Below, in pieces: positions 7,825-16,067 of a stretch of 32,000 nt of DNA. Location of the stretch: the NCBI GenBank assembly GCA_030167145.1, contig CP126532.1:420001-452000 (forward strand). Reading direction: 5' to 3'. The first letter of the stretch is position 1; every line of letters starts with the position of its first letter. The stretch comes from Ktedonobacterales bacterium (GTDB lineage: Bacteria > Chloroflexota > Ktedonobacteria > Ktedonobacterales > JADMIN01). Below the pieces are notes generated by a model. The model had not been told where the DNA came from. It did not search any database and worked only from the letters and a program-made list of their open reading frames with translations. The position numbers and the translations under genes were made by a program.

Positions 7825-9015
7825 ATGGCAGAGCAGGCAACAGAGATCCTTGGGTTTGACCACGTACAGGTGGCAGCGCCACGCGATGGCGAAGCACAAG
7901 CGAAAGCGTTCTACGCCGGAATGCTGGAACTGGAGGAAATCGCGAAACCCGATGTGCTGGCAGGTCGTGGCGGGGCATGGTATCGCTGCGGTAGCCAGGA
8001 ATTACACATCGGATTGACAGACGATTTCCAACCGCAGCAGAAAGGGCACCCCGCATTTCGTGTGCGTGATCTCACAGCCGTGCGCGCACGGCTAGAGGCG
8101 GCTGGCGTGCCAATTTCACTGGATGTGCCACTACCTGGGCGCGAGCGCTTCGAGACACGCGATCCATTCGGAAACCGCCTGGAGTTTCTGCAACTGCTGC
8201 CAAATTCGTCACCAGAGAACATATCGCTCATTCCGGCGAGTGAAGTCATCCATGAGCGCGTGCGAGCGATGTTCTCGCGCACGGCTGAAGCATATGTCGC
8301 AAGTCCAACGCATGCCGCGGGCGCTGATCTCGCGCAGTTGCTAGAGCTTGCCGCCCCACATGCAACTGATCTGGCGCTGGATGTTTCGACTGGCGGTGGC
8401 CACACTGCGCTGGCGCTTGCGCCACATGTGGCGCGGGTTACCGCGAGCGACCTGACACCACATATGCTTGCCACAGCGCGGAGGTTCATCACCTCACGCG
8501 GCGCGACGAACGTAGACTACGTAGTTGCTGATGCCGAGCGGCTGCCCTTTCTGGACGCCAGTTTCGATCTCGTGACTGTCCGCATCGCTCCACACCACTA
8601 CGTTGACGTAGCCCGTGCAGTGCGTGAAATGGCGCGGGTGCTCACGGACGGCGGGCGACTCGTGGTGATAGACAATATCGCTCCGGAAGACCCCGCATTG
8701 GATACGTTGGTAAATGCATGGGAACAGCGACGCGATCCCAGCCACGTGCGCGCGTATACTGCTACAGAGTGGCGTGGGTTTATTGCGGCGGCTGGCCTGA
8801 CGGTTTCGCATCGCGCATATGGACGCAAGACGCACACCTATGCCACGTGGGCAGAGCGCGCACAGATGTCTTCCGCCGACCGCAGCGCGCTGGAAGCGGA
8901 CATGTTGGCTGCCCCAGAGGCAGCGCGCGCCCATTTTGAGGTGACGGAGCGCGATGGCAAACTGGAAAGCTGGACGGGAGACTACCTGATACTTTGCGCA
9001 GAGAAGCGCGCCTGA
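7825..9015 (+). CDS. Fusion protein: N-terminal VOC/glyoxalase-like domain + C-terminal class I SAM-dependent methyltransferase
   Basis: N-terminal FDHVQVAAP...AFYAGMLELEE...GHPAFRV...DPFGNRLEF (VOC fold). C-terminal ALDVSTGGGHTALALA (motif I), VVADAERLPFLDASFDLV, GGRLVVID. SD GAGGAGGTG. Confidence 0.85.
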   Translation: MAEQATEILGFDHVQVAAPRDGEAQAKAFYAGMLELEEIAKPDVLAGRGGAWYRCGSQELHIGLTDDFQPQQKGHPAFRVRDLTAVRARLEAAGVPISLDVPLPGRERFETRDPFGNRLEFLQLLPNSSPENISLIPASEVIHERVRAMFSRTAEAYVASPTHAAGADLAQLLELAAPHATDLALDVSTGGGHTALALAPHVARVTASDLTPHMLATARRFITSRGATNVDYVVADAERLPFLDASFDLVTVRIAPHHYVDVARAVREMARVLTDGGRLVVIDNIAPEDPALDTLVNAWEQRRDPSHVRAYTATEWRGFIAAAGLTVSHRAYGRKTHTYATWAERAQMSSADRSALEADMLAAPEAARAHFEVTERDGKLESWTGDYLILCAEKRA

Positions 9016-9110
9016 CATGCCGTGCGCTATAGTTGTCGGTTGGCATACATACGTGATCACGAACGTGAGCAAGACGGGTAAAGACTCTGCGACGGAGGAA
9101 GGCAACGCGC

Positions 9111-9827
9111 ATGACATCTCAAGATTCTTTGCTGCAAGAACAGATCGCCTATTACCGGGCGCGCGCTGGTGAATATGATGAGTGGTTTCTCCGGCAAGGG
9201 CGTTATGATCGCGGGGAGGAAGCAAACGCGAGGTGGTTTGCCGAGGTACGGACGGTCGCCACTGTGCTTGACGACTTCGCGCCGACGGGTGATGTGCTGG
9301 AATTGGCCTGCGGCACGGGGCTATGGACGCAACGCCTGGCGCGCTATGCGACGACATTGACCGCGCTGGATAGCTCGCCTGAAACGCTGGAAGTGAACAA
9401 GCGACGGCTCGCAGGCGCTACGCATATTCGCTATGAGGTGGCTGATCTTTTTGCGTGGCGGCCAGAAAAGCGCTATGACGTTGTCTTCTTCAGTTTCTGG
9501 CTGTCTCATGTTCCGCCCGACCGATTCGAGCCATTCTTCCAATCAGTGGCAGCAAGCCTGGCTCCGGGAGGCCGGATCTTCTTCATTGACTCCCTGTATA
9601 CGCAGACATCCACCGCGCGCGACCACGTGCTCACTGAGCCAGACGCCACCACCATGACGAGGCGGCTCAATGATGGGCGCGAGTTTCAGGTTGTCAAAGT
9701 CTTTTACGAGCCGGCAGAGCTGGAGAGCCGATTGCGGACCTTGGGGTGGAATACAGCCGTGCAAACGACAGGTGAGTTCTTCCTGTATGGTAGCGGCGAA
9801 CACCGTTCGGGAGAGCGAGCGCCCTAG
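9111..9827 (+). CDS. Class I SAM-dependent methyltransferase
   Basis: VLELACGTGLWTQRLA (motif I), YDVVFFSFWLSHVP, GGRIFFIDS. SD GGAGGAAGG. Confidence 0.85.
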   Translation: MTSQDSLLQEQIAYYRARAGEYDEWFLRQGRYDRGEEANARWFAEVRTVATVLDDFAPTGDVLELACGTGLWTQRLARYATTLTALDSSPETLEVNKRRLAGATHIRYEVADLFAWRPEKRYDVVFFSFWLSHVPPDRFEPFFQSVAASLAPGGRIFFIDSLYTQTSTARDHVLTEPDATTMTRRLNDGREFQVVKVFYEPAELESRLRTLGWNTAVQTTGEFFLYGSGEHRSGERAP

Positions 9828-10726
9828 CCAATACGCTGGAGAGTGTGAAGCGGCTCCATCGCGGTTGTGCCATCGTCGAAGCGGAGCATCGCGCACGGTA
9901 CGAGCAAACCGTTTGCGATGAACTGCCGCCGAGCGAAGACATGCGTGACGACGCCATGTCCACCCGCGCGTTCGCCCGCAATGACATAGACGCGCGCACC
10001 CGCGCTGATGACGCCATCCAGTGGCAAGGGGTGGGTGGGCGAGCCAAGCGGCAAAGGCATGGCTACTTCTGGCCGGAGATTGCGGTGCGGCTCGGTATAC
10101 CCGCTGAGCAAGACGATGTCGTTTCCACGCTGGGCCAGCAATTGTTGGGCAGTCGCATTCATTGATGCGCTTCCCAGCCCTTCGGTGAGCATGACCGTCA
10201 AGGGAAGAGAGGCCGCGCTCGGAACCAAATCATCTAACAGGACGCTCAAATCAGCGCGAGCAAACGCTTCAAGCTCACGAGCCTGCGCGCTGCCCGCGAT
10301 GATGCCAACAGCGCCACCAGCCGCCGCCCGCTGCATTACTGTCAGACGGAGCTGACCGGGAATGATGAGGATACTGCCTGGAATAATCGGCGCCACGAGT
10401 GGAGAATCCCCACGTGGCAGACGAGCAAATGGACCGGCTACTGGACCACCTAGCCCCAAAACCCCATGCACGAGCGTGGCCGCGCCTTCTATCGTCACCC
10501 ATCTCCCCGGCGCGACATCCACGACCTTACCGGTCATCCCTGCCAACACTGCACGGCGCTTGCCCTCCGCCCCTGGCGATTCAGCAATCGGCTGATCTGG
10601 GCGTACCTGCTCACCAACGGAAACAAGTAACACACTTGCATTTGGCGGCAATGGGCGTTGTCGCCGCACAAGTGCTGAAGGCGCGAATGGGCGGCCATTT
10701 GGGTAGCTCAGACTCAGCCTATTCAT
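9824..10726 (-). CDS. Hypothetical 300-aa protein, third gene of the Zn-ribbon / GlmL-like operon
   Basis: ATG at 10726 (MNRLSLS...) lies 10 nt after the upstream stop, so the track ORF to 10912 would overlap the upstream gene. Hybrid-barrel-like VSVGEQVRPDQPIAE...GKVVDV and KOW/SH3-like GARVYVIAGERAGGHGVVTHV. Family not recognised. Confidence 0.6.
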   Translation of the reverse strand: MNRLSLSYPNGRPFAPSALVRRQRPLPPNASVLLVSVGEQVRPDQPIAESPGAEGKRRAVLAGMTGKVVDVAPGRWVTIEGAATLVHGVLGLGGPVAGPFARLPRGDSPLVAPIIPGSILIIPGQLRLTVMQRAAAGGAVGIIAGSAQARELEAFARADLSVLLDDLVPSAASLPLTVMLTEGLGSASMNATAQQLLAQRGNDIVLLSGYTEPHRNLRPEVAMPLPLGSPTHPLPLDGVISAGARVYVIAGERAGGHGVVTHVFARRQFIANGLLVPCAMLRFDDGTTAMEPLHTLQRIG

Positions 10727-10736
10727 AGCTCGCTTC

Positions 10737-12554
10737 TCATCCTTCCAACCCCAGAGTACGTCGCCATTCGAGCAGCCGCATGGCGCGCGCCTCGCGATCT
10801 TGCGGGAAGCGTAGCGGCCGGCCACGCGCATCCACCACCAATCCAAGTGGACCACCTTCCACTGGCTCACTTCCATGCGCATGCTGCCCTGGCCCCAGCC
10901 CAATGTCAACACCAGGAGCCGGATATAGCCCTAGAATCGCTTGCTCGCCCACTGGCAGAGGCAGCCGCGCGATAGCGCCCGCATGCACTTCTTCCTCGTG
11001 TTGATGACCACTGGCGAATTCGAGAGTCACCCGCACAACGGGTTCGCCTTGCGCAACCTCACCGACCGGTGAAATGACGGTCGCCAGTTGTGTGCCAATG
11101 GCGTCGCTGATCGCCGCTTCCCCAATCCTTACGGCGTCTAGCGCCGCACCGCTGCCAATCATACTGGCGAGTTGGGCGGTATCTAGCATCAGCGCGGTGA
11201 TGCCACGTGGCTGCAATGCATCAAGCAACAAGAGCGCCGCGTGCGCTGGATGCGGAACGTTGGCCAGCACCCCCCCGGTGCCCAGCACCACATCCATTGG
11301 GTGCATGCCTGCCAGCCGTGCGCCAGGCGCTCGCAGCGCCAGTTGGATCGCCTCGCGAGCAAAGGCATATTCGAACTCCAACTCGCGTGTGGTGAGGGGC
11401 AGCATTGTGGGCCGTAGCATGCGCATCAGCGCATATTCCCGCAGTTCGTCTTCCGTTGCCAAGATTGCCAGCCATTGCATCGCGCCAGCGGCTCCGCGTG
11501 CCCGCAGCAACGTACCAATCCCTGGCCCGACGCCAGCCGACGGATGAAGGGCAGGCAAGAATTCTCCCTGGGCAGTCGAGCCAGCGAGAGCCGTTGAAGA
11601 CGCGCCAACATCCACGCCCACCACATTCGTCTCGAAGCGTTGCGCCAGAAAACGCACCATGCCCGCCAGCGCAGTGATGGTGGCGATAGGCGGCGCGCTG
11701 GCCACCTGCCGCAAGGCGGCGAATCCCGGCAGAGTACTCAGTACCACTGGCTCATACAGTGCGCTGACGGCGCGGTTAAGCGGCGTGAGGGTGGACGGTG
11801 ACAGTCCTTCCACCACCTGCATTGCCACACGATCACGCAGTGGTGGCGCCAGGCGCTCGGCCTCGCGGGCGCTGCCTGTAAAAACAACCGGTGTACGCTG
11901 CCCAGCGGCCAGGCCCGTATCATTGAGCCGTGCAATCCAATCGGAAATCGCGGTGGTAGCTTCCTCCAGCGTGACACTTGGACGAACCTCGCCAAACGGC
12001 TGCCCAACAACCAGGAGAGCATGTGGCTGGCGCAGCCGCGCCTGCGAGAAGGCGGTATCCATAGAGGGCGGCTGAGGACGAGCCGAAAGCACCGGTAGGG
12101 CCTCCACCGAGATGAACAAGCCACCGAGCGAACGCAGCACCAGCGCCGCGAGATGGTCGCGCCCGGGGCCAGTGGTCAGCAAGTGCAGCGGGCCGCCGGC
12201 GCTCATCACGAGCGCGACACCATCCACTCCTGTGCCGTCTTCACGCATGGGCAGGATGATGTGCTGGTCGCGCTGTAATGTACATCCCGTCGTGCGCTCG
12301 ATCTCGCTCAGAGCATGCCGGACGCCAACCAACACATCGGTTATGGGCGGCATGTTGGTGGTCAGTGACTGCGCTCGCGCAAGCATACGAAAGCGCCCAT
12401 CCACCCGACCAAGCAGCGCGACTTTCGTAAAGACAGAACCACAATCCACAATCAGCAATGAACGAATTGCCTGTGTAGACCCCTGCTCAGTGGAATCCGT
12501 TACACGTTCCTGAGGTATCGCTGCCCCCACCTCGTATTGCTCCCTCACCAGCAC
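10737..12554 (-). CDS. GlmL/MutL-like (glutamate mutase L family-like) ASKHA actin-fold ATPase
   Basis: LLIVDCGSVFTKVALL (phosphate-1, compare DFGSTYTKV in GlmL), VVGVDVGASSTAL (phosphate-2), DVVLGTGGVLA (adenosine motif). Alternative GTG start at 12530 with GAGGGAG 9 nt upstream. Confidence 0.7.
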   Translation of the reverse strand: MLVREQYEVGAAIPQERVTDSTEQGSTQAIRSLLIVDCGSVFTKVALLGRVDGRFRMLARAQSLTTNMPPITDVLVGVRHALSEIERTTGCTLQRDQHIILPMREDGTGVDGVALVMSAGGPLHLLTTGPGRDHLAALVLRSLGGLFISVEALPVLSARPQPPSMDTAFSQARLRQPHALLVVGQPFGEVRPSVTLEEATTAISDWIARLNDTGLAAGQRTPVVFTGSAREAERLAPPLRDRVAMQVVEGLSPSTLTPLNRAVSALYEPVVLSTLPGFAALRQVASAPPIATITALAGMVRFLAQRFETNVVGVDVGASSTALAGSTAQGEFLPALHPSAGVGPGIGTLLRARGAAGAMQWLAILATEDELREYALMRMLRPTMLPLTTRELEFEYAFAREAIQLALRAPGARLAGMHPMDVVLGTGGVLANVPHPAHAALLLLDALQPRGITALMLDTAQLASMIGSGAALDAVRIGEAAISDAIGTQLATVISPVGEVAQGEPVVRVTLEFASGHQHEEEVHAGAIARLPLPVGEQAILGLYPAPGVDIGLGPGQHAHGSEPVEGGPLGLVVDARGRPLRFPQDREARAMRLLEWRRTLGLEG

Positions 12555-12567
12555 CTAAAGGCCATTT

Positions 12568-14355
12568 CTATCGTCCAAAGATGCGTCGCCAGCCACCACG
12601 TTTCTTGCCTTGTAGCTCATCGTCGCCACCACGGCGCGTGGGCATAGCATTTTGTCTATCGTAGCCATCATAGCCGCCGTACCCTACTGGATAGCGTTGC
12701 GAGGGGCCACCGTTCGCATACCCATCATCATAGTCGTAACCATCATACTCCCCTCCGGGAAAGTCTGGGGCATCCTGCCATTGTTGTGGCATATCCTCAC
12801 CCGCCCAATCCATACCTCGATTTCTCTGCGCGGGCGGGCGATGCGGCGCACCTTGCGGTTGGGGATGCGGCCCACCGCCATTTTGCAGCCACGGTGGCAA
12901 CTCGTCGCGTGGGATAGGCGCGCCCTGGTTTTGTGGGCCATCGGCGGCTCGCGTGCCACCTGGCCGCAGGCGCCCGGAGCCATCTGGTGGACGTTGAGGT
13001 TGACCGTAGGCTGCTGCCGACGCATCAGCAATGGGTTGGCGACCCGTATCTCTGGCATCCATCGCGGGCTGGCGTGTCGTGGATGGCAGGTCCACAGGGC
13101 TGGACGGCGGAGGCGGCGCGTTGTTGCCGCCCACCCAGTTGGGCAGCACACCAGGGTCAATCAGATCTGAGGCCGAGAAGCGCATACCAGCAGCGTCGCC
13201 GCTTCTGTTCGCGGGCGCGTTGGCTGGCCCCGGTACCCCGTTCGCTGCGGATGGATACTCTGCGGCAGCTTGCCCACGCATCCACTCTGGCAGTGCGGAT
13301 TGATCGAGAAACTCACTCGCACTGATGCTCGCGCCAGCGCCAGGCATCCCAGGCGCGGCTGGTGTACCCCAGGGTTGCGGGCCTTGCGGTGGTTGCGGCT
13401 GCATGACCTGCTGTTGCGCGCTAGCTTCAGCATAGACTTGGCGCATCCAGGTCGGTAGCGGCACACTCATGGATTGCGAACCAGCCCACTGCTCTGGCTG
13501 CGGCTGGCCAGAATATGCCGCCGCGGGAGGCTGGGGTTGCGGGTTCGGCTGTGCGCGTAGCCACGACGGCAGCGCATTCTCATCAACCAGCGATTGCGCC
13601 TGCATGCCCCCGCCAGTGCGCCCACCTTCCATGGATTGCGGCGGAGCCGCGTTTGAGCCGCCGAGCCATGATGGCATGGCCGAAGCGTCGAGCAGTGAGC
13701 GCGCGCTCATCGCGTCACTCGACGCTGACGCAGCGCCAAAAGCTCCAGCGCTCTCGATGCCAGGGAACGCCGACGCCTGAGACGATGGGGGGTAAGGCGC
13801 TTGCGCTGGCGCGGGTTGTTGATATGGTTGATACGGCACAGGTGGCTGTGCAGGCACGTACCCTGGTGGCGGCGCTCCATATGGAGGCGCGGGCTGCCGG
13901 GCTGTGGGCTGGACGGGCAGATCGTTTTGCGTGCCCCCTTGCTGCCAAAGCCATTCCGGCAGGGCGGACTCGTCGAAGAGATTCTGTGCGGATACACCGG
14001 GAACAAGTCCCGCACGGCCCGGAGGAACCTGCGCTTGCGCGCCCTGCCCGAAGGCGGGAGACAGTGGCGGGGGCGCTGGGTCGCGCGGATCGCCTGGATC
14101 AGGCGCATACCAGCCCGGCTGCTGTTGCTGCGGGGCAGCGCCATTTTGCATGCCAGCACGGAGCCACTCTGGCAGCCCTGAATCATCGGGAGGCCCGCCG
14201 TAAGCGCCTTGCCCCGGCTGCTGATAGGGCGGCCTCTGCTGTGGAAAGCCAGCGCCCATTGGCATACCACCTGGCTGGATCAGCGGCGTGCCGCACATCG
14301 GACAGACGGGGGTTCCCTGGCGGTTATTTTGCCCACAACGAGGACACGGTATCAC
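12568..14355 (-). CDS. Zinc-ribbon protein with a long P/Q-rich region carrying repeated LPxW[LMV] motifs
   Basis: N-terminal CPRCGQNNRQGTPVCPMCG (CxxC-N11-CxxC). 8 copies of the LPxW motif, 5 of them in the extended form SAxxLxDxxALPxWL. GTG start with SD AAAGGGAG 7 nt upstream. The antisense 299-aa ORF 13515..14414 is Arg/Ala-rich with no motifs. Confidence 0.75.
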   Translation of the reverse strand: MIPCPRCGQNNRQGTPVCPMCGTPLIQPGGMPMGAGFPQQRPPYQQPGQGAYGGPPDDSGLPEWLRAGMQNGAAPQQQQPGWYAPDPGDPRDPAPPPLSPAFGQGAQAQVPPGRAGLVPGVSAQNLFDESALPEWLWQQGGTQNDLPVQPTARQPAPPYGAPPPGYVPAQPPVPYQPYQQPAPAQAPYPPSSQASAFPGIESAGAFGAASASSDAMSARSLLDASAMPSWLGGSNAAPPQSMEGGRTGGGMQAQSLVDENALPSWLRAQPNPQPQPPAAAYSGQPQPEQWAGSQSMSVPLPTWMRQVYAEASAQQQVMQPQPPQGPQPWGTPAAPGMPGAGASISASEFLDQSALPEWMRGQAAAEYPSAANGVPGPANAPANRSGDAAGMRFSASDLIDPGVLPNWVGGNNAPPPPSSPVDLPSTTRQPAMDARDTGRQPIADASAAAYGQPQRPPDGSGRLRPGGTRAADGPQNQGAPIPRDELPPWLQNGGGPHPQPQGAPHRPPAQRNRGMDWAGEDMPQQWQDAPDFPGGEYDGYDYDDGYANGGPSQRYPVGYGGYDGYDRQNAMPTRRGGDDELQGKKRGGWRRIFGR

Positions 14356-14756
14356 GGGCGTACTCCCTTTCGGACCATCAGGCGAACCGTCTGCTCGGCG
14401 CTCTACATTGCTGACTGCCGCTCGAACTCACGCTCGTGGAAAAGCGCTTCGCATACCCACGCACGCGGCAGGGGTCGTGGGGCAGTGTACCATCCGGCAT
14501 TATGCAGCGCAAATGGACTACTACTTCTGTGGCGCTTGTGTGAAGCTTTCCGCGACAGGCGCTCGCCGTCGCGTCGTCCGAACGAGGAGCGAATACCGCA
14601 TAATTGCCTATTTACTTGCCCGTTCCTTGCTGGTATGCTGGTACCAGCAAGTGAGCATGGCCGGATACGCGAATGCGGAAGTGCAGCTAACGGGATGCTG
14701 ATTCCACATGAGGATGCGTTTGCCGAGTGCTCAGGCAAGCGGAAGGGGGATTTCTC

Positions 14757-15104
14757 ATGGCAACACGGCAGCGTAAGGCGTCTGAACCAGCGGTCGCGCT
14801 TCAAGAATCAACGGAGCCAGTGAAGAAACGCCGGGGGCCGCGCGCAGGTTCTGAAAATGCGCGGCGTGGCGGCATGGCGGTGCGTGAGAAGTATGGTCCG
14901 GAGTTCTTCGCGAAGATAGGCTCCAAAGGCGGGCGCACAGTGCGCGAGCGCCGTGGCCCCGATTTCTATGCCTCAATCGGCCGCATGGGTGGTCAGCGCA
15001 CACGCGACACACTGGGCATAGATCACTACGAGCGCATCGGGCGTATGGGCGGTCTACGCGCCCGCCAAAAAGAGCGCGCATCGGCTCAAGGCGACAACAA
15101 GTAA
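14757..15104 (+). CDS. GsiB/YciG-like general stress protein with KGG repeats (paralog of 4656..5042)
   Basis: PEFFAKIGSKGG, PDFYASIGRMGG, IDHYERIGRMGG repeats. ATG at 14757 has SD GGAAGGGGGA 6 nt upstream and is preferred over the track's GTG at 14727. Confidence 0.8.
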   Translation: MATRQRKASEPAVALQESTEPVKKRRGPRAGSENARRGGMAVREKYGPEFFAKIGSKGGRTVRERRGPDFYASIGRMGGQRTRDTLGIDHYERIGRMGGLRARQKERASAQGDNK

Positions 15105-15133
15105 GCGCGCCCGCTAAATACGTGGCCAAGAAC

Positions 15134-15175
15134 GGTGGGGCAGCTCCATGAGGAGACTACCCCACCACATTTTTG
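15134..15175 (+). terminator. Rho-independent terminator after the second KGG gene
   Basis: GGTGGGG...CCCCACC 7-bp GC stem with an inner CTCC/GGAG pairing, followed by ACATTTTTGT. Starts 30 nt after the stop. Confidence 0.6.
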
Positions 15176-15219
15176 TATCTATTGCCAACTGCCCGTAAAC
15201 ACCGCGCGCAGAGACAACG

Positions 15220-15798
15220 CTAAGATGCCGCAGCAAGCAACTGAGCGCCAGGGTTTTCGGTGCTGACGAAGTGAGCGGGTGCGCCCAGAACTGTAAGCCG
15301 CTTGACGCCGATTACTCGCATCGTGACGCCGGGCGTGCGAGTCGTCACGTATCGCTGCACGAGCAACCCCAATGGGCGCGCAATGAGCAGTGCCGCTGTC
15401 GAAGCAAGGATGACGTTGTTGAACGAGTTATATGGCTTGCGCAGCTTCGCGACGGTCATAGCGGAGAGGCCAGTAAGCATGCCTGCAACAGCGAGATTCG
15501 TACCGCAACGCTCGTGGATGGCAAGTTCGGGGGCGTCGCCGCGTAATCGGGTAAGTGCCATCTCAGCGGCGGGACGAACGGACTCTGTAGGGACATCGCC
15601 AAAGACAAAGAAGCCAGTAGCGAAGGAAACGCCCGAAAGACGCGCCTCAGGAAAACGTTTGCTCAGCAAGACAATGGTCGCGTGTTCAAGGGCGTGGTTT
15701 TCGCGGACAGCGCCACCAAGTGTCACCTGCTGGATGACCTGCTCGATAGGATTCATATCGGGTATGCTCACTTCTTGCCATCTGATCGCTCGCGCCAT
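15220..15798 (-). CDS. Hypothetical protein with HxxEH and HERCGT motifs and two hydrophobic segments
   Basis: 192-aa ORF with ENHALEHATIV (H35/E38/H39) and AIHERCGTN (H95/C98). Hydrophobic LAVAGMLTGLSAMTV and VILASTAALLIARPLGLLV. Alternative start at 15756 (MNPIEQ). Confidence 0.6.
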   Translation of the reverse strand: MARAIRWQEVSIPDMNPIEQVIQQVTLGGAVRENHALEHATIVLLSKRFPEARLSGVSFATGFFVFGDVPTESVRPAAEMALTRLRGDAPELAIHERCGTNLAVAGMLTGLSAMTVAKLRKPYNSFNNVILASTAALLIARPLGLLVQRYVTTRTPGVTMRVIGVKRLTVLGAPAHFVSTENPGAQLLAAAS

Positions 15799-16067
15799 TC
15801 ATGGCGAGCCGATGTATTCGTCACATTATCGCACTCGCGCAAGCCCTACACCAGCATGTACACCACAACATCGCGCCGAATCATCACGGGCATAGCCCAT
15901 GCGAGGGATGGAACTGGACGCGACGCGAGTCGTATACCTTTTATAAAGCCATGTCACGTCACAGACGGAAAGGCTAGTCCCGCTCGTGTTACCCCGGAAC
16001 CCGGCCTAGCGTTGTATCGGGTGTCTAGCGTGGGCCACACCGCGAAACCGCGAATCCTGGCAACTAT

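Noticed and set aside
8494-9357. 287-aa - strand ORF spanning the end of the VOC-methyltransferase gene and the start of the second methyltransferase
   Set aside because: It overlaps two + strand genes with clear SAM-binding motifs and strong SDs. It also crosses their intergenic region, and it is Arg/Ser/His-rich and motif-less.
13515-14414. 299-aa + strand ORF overlapping the zinc-ribbon P/Q-rich gene
   Set aside because: Arg/Ala-rich with no motifs. The - strand frame has a zinc ribbon, a good SD and a repeated conserved motif, so the + ORF is taken as a shadow.
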